This document shows, piece by piece, positions 59,881 to 64,000 of a stretch of 64,000 nucleotides of DNA. This DNA is from the human T2T-CHM13v2.0 reference genome, Homo sapiens. The notes beneath the pieces are model-generated. The model made no database searches and was not told the DNA's origin. It saw nothing but the letters and a program-made list of their open reading frames with translations. The translations under genes and the position numbers were made by a program. The number at the start of each line of letters is the position of its first letter. Within the stretch, counting starts at the first letter, position 1. The stretch lies in assembly GCF_009914755.1 (NCBI RefSeq), contig NC_060929.1. One strand, 5' to 3'.

Positions 59881-60714
59881 ACAGGATAGTGGGCTCTGTT
59901 AGAGTAGATAGCTAGCTAGACATGAACAGGAGGGGGAGCTCCTGGAAAAGGGAAAGTCTGTGAAGGCTCACGTGGAGGGACCACCAAAAATGCATATATT
60001 AGTAGCATCTCTAGTGCTGGAGTGGATGGGCACTTGTCAATTGTGGTTAGGAGGGAGAAGAGGTACCTACGCAGAAACACCCTAGAACTTCTCTTGAGAT
60101 GCCCCAATCATCATTCACTCTGCAATAAAAATGTCAGAATATTGCTAGCTACATGTTGATAAGAAGGAGAAAGGGGACATTCTTAAGAGAAACCTGGCAC
60201 CATAAGTACAGATTAGGGCAGAGAAAGACATTCAAAAGAGGCAGCTGCAGTAGATACAAACGTGACCGCTGTCAGCCTGCCTGGTATGGCGGGAAGGAGG
60301 CTGGTGCCAGAGTGGATTCGGGTTGATCACCACACATGTACCTCAATCAACAGTGAGGAGGTCCCACAAGGCTAAGTGGGGCAAGTCGGGGACCTAAGGC
60401 AGTAGCAGGAAAACCAAAGAAAACAGGCGGAGACTTGAGACAGAGGCAGGAATGTGAAGAAGTCCAAAATAAAAATCCCTGCACAGGACTCTTAGGCTGT
60501 TATCATGCACTATCAGCCTACTCCTCCCTATTTTTGTACAATAAGCTCTTTACACTGTATTTCTTTTCAATGAAGTTATCTTCCATCTTTGTACTGCCTC
60601 TTGGTGAAAAGCTGTCTTCCAAGTTAATAACTGGGACATCAGCTCTCCGCAGTAATAGCTCCTTTTCAGTTTTAATTTGCAGAACTGATGGGGATTAATA
60701 ACTGGCGCTGTGAC

Positions 60715-61115
60715 TTTAAGTGGTGCAGTAGGCGGCCAGTAGGGGACGCCAGCCGTTACGCCGGGAGCAAGAGGGCCCTGTGTAGTCCCCATCTGCCTGC
60801 ATGTGGCGTGCAGCCACGACAATGGCAGCAAGAGGGCCCGGCAGTGTGCCCAGCTGCCAGCAGGCGGGTGTGCTGCCACTATAATGTGAGGAAGAGGGCC
60901 CTGCAATGTCCCTAGCTGCCAGCAGGCGGCGTGCCACCACTATACTGCGAGCAAGAGAGCCCTGCCGTGCCCCGGCGCCAGCAGGGGGCGCTGGACAGCA
61001 CTGTAAGCAAGAGGGCCCTGCAGTTGTCCTAGTCGCCAGTAGGGGACGCAATGGCAGAGCACCGTGGGCAAGCTGGTCCTGTAGTGCCCGGCTGCAAGCA
61101 GGGGGCGCCCGAAAC
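60715..61115 (+). promoter_or_regulatory. 61-bp repeat cluster carrying CTCF motifs (subtelomeric boundary)
   Basis: ~60-bp period of gcaagagggccctg...; CTCF cores at 60736, 60857, 60919, 60978 (perfect CCAGCAGGGGGCGC), 61036, 61095. Confidence 0.85.
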
Positions 61116-61375
61116 GGGCTTTTCAGATTACTCAGGTTCCACTCGTCTCTGCGCCGCCGGGGACGTGTGTCTCTGCGCGTGCACCGCGCCACCCCCGCGC
61201 TCCCCGCCCGGCGGCGCGCGACTGTGCGACTGCAACACTCCCCGCCACCCTCAGCCCAGCGACGTGCGTCTCTGCGCCTGCGCCGCGCCTCACTCCCGCC
61301 CGCTCAGCGACCCCTCCCCTCCGGGGAGGCGCCGGCGTGCGTCTACGCCCTGCGCCGCGTCTCCCCAACAGCGGC

Positions 61376-61926
61376 GCGCCTCTCTGCGCCTGCGCCGGCG
61401 CGCCGCGCCTCTCTGCGCCTGCGCCGGCGCGCCGCGCCTCTCTGCGCCTGCGCCGGCGCGCCGCGCCTCTCTGCGCCTGCGCCGGCGCGCCGCGCCTCTC
61501 TGCGCCTGCGCCGGCGCCCCGCGCCTCTCTGCGCCTGCGCCGGCGCCCCGCGCCTCTCTGCGCCTGCGCCGGCGCCCCGCGCCTCTCTGCGCCTGCGCCG
61601 GCGCCCCGCGCCTCTCTGCGCCTGCGCCGGCGCCCCGCGCCTCTCTGCGCCTGCGCCGGCGCCCCGCGCCTCTCTGCGCCTGCGCCGGCGCCCCGCGCCT
61701 CTCTGCGCCTGCGCCGGCGCCCCGCGCCTCTCTGCGCCTGCGCCGGCGCCCCGCGCCTCTCTGCGCCTGCGCCGGCGCCCCGCGCCTCTCTGCGCCTGCG
61801 CCGGCGCCCCGCGCCTCTCTGCGCCTGCGCCGGCGCCCCGCGCCTCTCTGCGCCTGCGCCGGCGCCCCGCGCCTCTCTGCGCCTGCGCCGGCGCCCCGCG
61901 CCTCTCTGCGCCTGCGCCGGCGCGCC
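61376..61926 (+). promoter_or_regulatory. 29-bp CpG-rich repeat array x19 (TERRA promoter core, NRF1-like TGCGCCTGCGC in each unit)
   Basis: Unit gcgcctctctgcgcctgcgccggcgc(g/c)cc; established 61-29-37 TERRA promoter architecture. Confidence 0.9.
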
Positions 61927-61929
61927 GCC

Positions 61930-62175
61930 TTTGCGAGGGCGGAGTTGCGTTCTCTTTAGCACACACCCGGAGAGCATCGCGAGGGCGGAGCTGCGTTCTC
62001 CTCTGCACAGACTTCGGGGGTATTGCGAAGGCGGAGCAGAGTTCTTCTCAGGTCAGACCCCGGCGGGCGGGCTGAGGGCACTGCGAGGGTGGAGCTGCGT
62101 TCTGTTCAGTACAGACGTGGGGGGCACCGTAAAGGCGGAGCAGCATTCTTCTCAGCACAGACGTTGGGGGTACTG
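61930..62175 (+). repeat. '37-bp' repeat cluster of the TERRA promoter (observed period ~46 bp)
   Basis: gcgagggcggag-like starts at 61933, 61979, 62025, 62083, 62129. Confidence 0.8.
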
Positions 62176-62868
62176 CCTGCCTTTGGGATAACTCGGGGCC
62201 GCATCGACGGTGAATAAAATCTTTCCCGTTTGCTGCCCTGAATAATCAAGGTCAGAGACCAGTTAGAACGGTTTAGTGTGGAAAGCGGGAAACGAAAAGC
62301 CTCTCTGAATCCTGCGCACCGAGATTCTCCCAAGGCAAGGCGAGGGGCTGTATTGCAGGGTTCAAGTGCAGCGTCAGAACTGAAATGCAGCATTCCTAAT
62401 GCACACATGACACCCTAAATATAACAGGCATATTACTCATGGAGGGTTAGGGTTAGCGTTAGCGTTAGCGTTGGGGTTGGGGTTGGGGTTAGGGGTTAGG
62501 GTTAGGGTTAGGGTTAGGGTTAGGGTTAGGGTTAGGGTAGGGTTAGGGTTAGGGTTAGGGTTAGGGTTAGGGTTAGGGTTAGGGTAGGGTTAGGGTTAGG
62601 GTTAGGGTTAGGGTTAGGGGTTAGGGGTTAGGGGTTGGGGTTGGGGTTGGGGTTAGGGTTAGGGTTAGGGTTAGGGTTAGGGTTAGGGTTGGGTTAGGGT
62701 TAGGGTTAGGGTTAGGGTTAGGGTAGGGTTTAGGGTTAGGGTTTAGGGTTTGGGTTGGGGTTGGGGTTGGGGTTGGGGTTGGGGTTGGGGTTGGGGTGAG
62801 GGTGAGGGTGAGGGTGAGGGTTGGGGTTGGGGTTGGGGTTGGGGTTGGGGTTGGGGTTAGGGTTAGGG

Positions 62869-62909
<41 letters not shown>

Positions 62910-64000
62910 GGTTAGGGTTAGGGTTAGGGTTAGGGTAGGGTTGGGGTTGGGGTTGGGGTTGGGTTAGGGTTAGGGTTAGGGTTAGGGTTAGGGGTTAGGG
63001 TTAGGGTTAGGGTTAGGGTTAGGGTTAGGGCTAGGGTTAGGGTTAGGGGTTAGGGTTAGGGTTAGGGTTAGGGTTAGGGTTAGGGTTAGGGTTAGGGTTA
63101 GGGTTAGGGTTAGGGTTAGGGTTAGGGTTAGGGTTAGGGTTAGGGTTAGGGTTAGGGTTAGGGTTAGGGTTAGGGTTAGGGTTAGGGTTAGGGTTAGGGT
63201 TAGGGTTAGGGTTAGGGTTAGGGTTAGGGTTAGGGTTAGGGTTAGGGTTAGGGTTAGGGTTAGGGTTAGGGTTAGGGTTAGGGTTAGGGTTAGGGTTAGG
63301 GTTAGGGTTAGGGTTAGGGTTAGGGTTAGGGTTAGGGTTAGGGTTAGGGTTAGGGTTAGGGTTAGGGTTAGGGTTAGGGTTAGGGTTAGGGTTAGGGTTA
63401 GGGTTAGGGTTAGGGTTAGGGTTAGGGTTAGGGTTAGGGTTAGGGTTAGGGTTAGGGTTAGGGTTAGGGTTAGGGTTAGGGTTAGGGTTAGGGTTAGGGT
63501 TAGGGTTAGGGTTAGGGTTAGGGTTAGGGTTAGGGTTAGGGTTAGGGTTAGGGTTAGGGTTAGGGTTAGGGTTAGGGTTAGGGTTAGGGTTAGGGTTAGG
63601 GTTAGGGTTAGGGTTAGGGTTAGGGTTAGGGTTAGGGTTAGGGTTAGGGTTAGGGTTAGGGTTAGGGTTAGGGTTAGGGTTAGGGTTAGGGTTAGGGTTA
63701 GGGTTAGGGTTAGGGTTAGGGTTAGGGTTAGGGTTAGGGTTAGGGTTAGGGTTAGGGTTAGGGTTAGGGTTAGGGTTAGGGTTAGGGTTAGGGTTAGGGT
63801 TAGGGTTAGGGTTAGGGTTAGGGTTAGGGTTAGGGTTAGGGTTAGGGTTAGGGTTAGGGTTAGGGTTAGGGTTAGGGTTAGGGTTAGGGTTAGGGTTAGG
63901 GTTAGGGTTAGGGTTAGGGTTAGGGTTAGGGTTAGGGTTAGGGTTAGGGTTAGGGTTAGGGTTAGGGTTAGGGTTAGGGTTAGGGTTAGGGTTAGGTTAG
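62000..64000 (+). ncRNA. TERRA: Putative TERRA transcription unit (UUAGGG-containing lncRNA); start approximate
   Basis: Inferred from the intact 61-29-37 promoter upstream of a + strand TTAGGG array; transcription itself is not visible in sequence. Confidence 0.55.
62444..64000 (+). repeat. Telomeric (TTAGGG)n array with proximal variant repeats
   Basis: Variant-rich 62444-~63050, essentially pure TTAGGG from ~63050 to the end. Confidence 0.99.

Larger units (their letters stand above)
60700..62443. repeat. TAR1 telomere-associated repeat region
   Basis: GC-rich 61/29/37-type repeats directly adjoining the TTAGGG array. Confidence 0.9.

Noticed and set aside
60906-62191. Arg/Ala/Pro-rich ORFs
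   Set aside because: Artefacts of the 29-bp TAR1 repeats.
63990-64000. Terminal TTAGG variant and apparently short (~1.5 kb) telomere
   Set aside because: Likely reflects assembly or read end; gives no information on true telomere length.

Overview
This is the last 64 kb of a human (or great-ape) chromosome q-arm. It consists of subtelomeric segmental-duplication DNA, then the TAR1 / 61-29-37-bp repeat CpG island (TERRA promoter, ~60.7-62.4 kb), then the (TTAGGG)n telomere from ~62,444 to the window end. I found no intact protein-coding gene. The only gene-derived sequence I recognise is a processed RPL23A pseudogene (53,238-53,769, with TSDs), of the type found at several q-ends. The rest is Alu, L1, L2, MIR, ERV1/MaLR/ERVL LTRs, MER5 and Ricksha DNA transposons, and several minisatellites (68, ~103, 52/79, 47, 59, 93, ~60 and 29 bp units). 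All long ORFs in the track are minisatellite or low-complexity artefacts. I see no evidence of a new protein-based system. The most interesting signals are: (i) an 8-copy CpG-rich 68-bp VNTR that is effectively an array of CTCF-like motifs; (ii) a candidate spliced chimeric ORF, in which a Kozak-ATG exon next to a degenerate telomere tract joins in frame to the ATG-less RPL23A retrocopy through its old 5'UTR; (iii) several VNTRs that arose inside old transposons, with polarised CpG content; (iv) the variant-repeat pattern of the proximal telomere. Repeat subfamily names and the chromosome assignment (5q/6q-like block, from memory) need RepeatMasker/BLAT confirmation.
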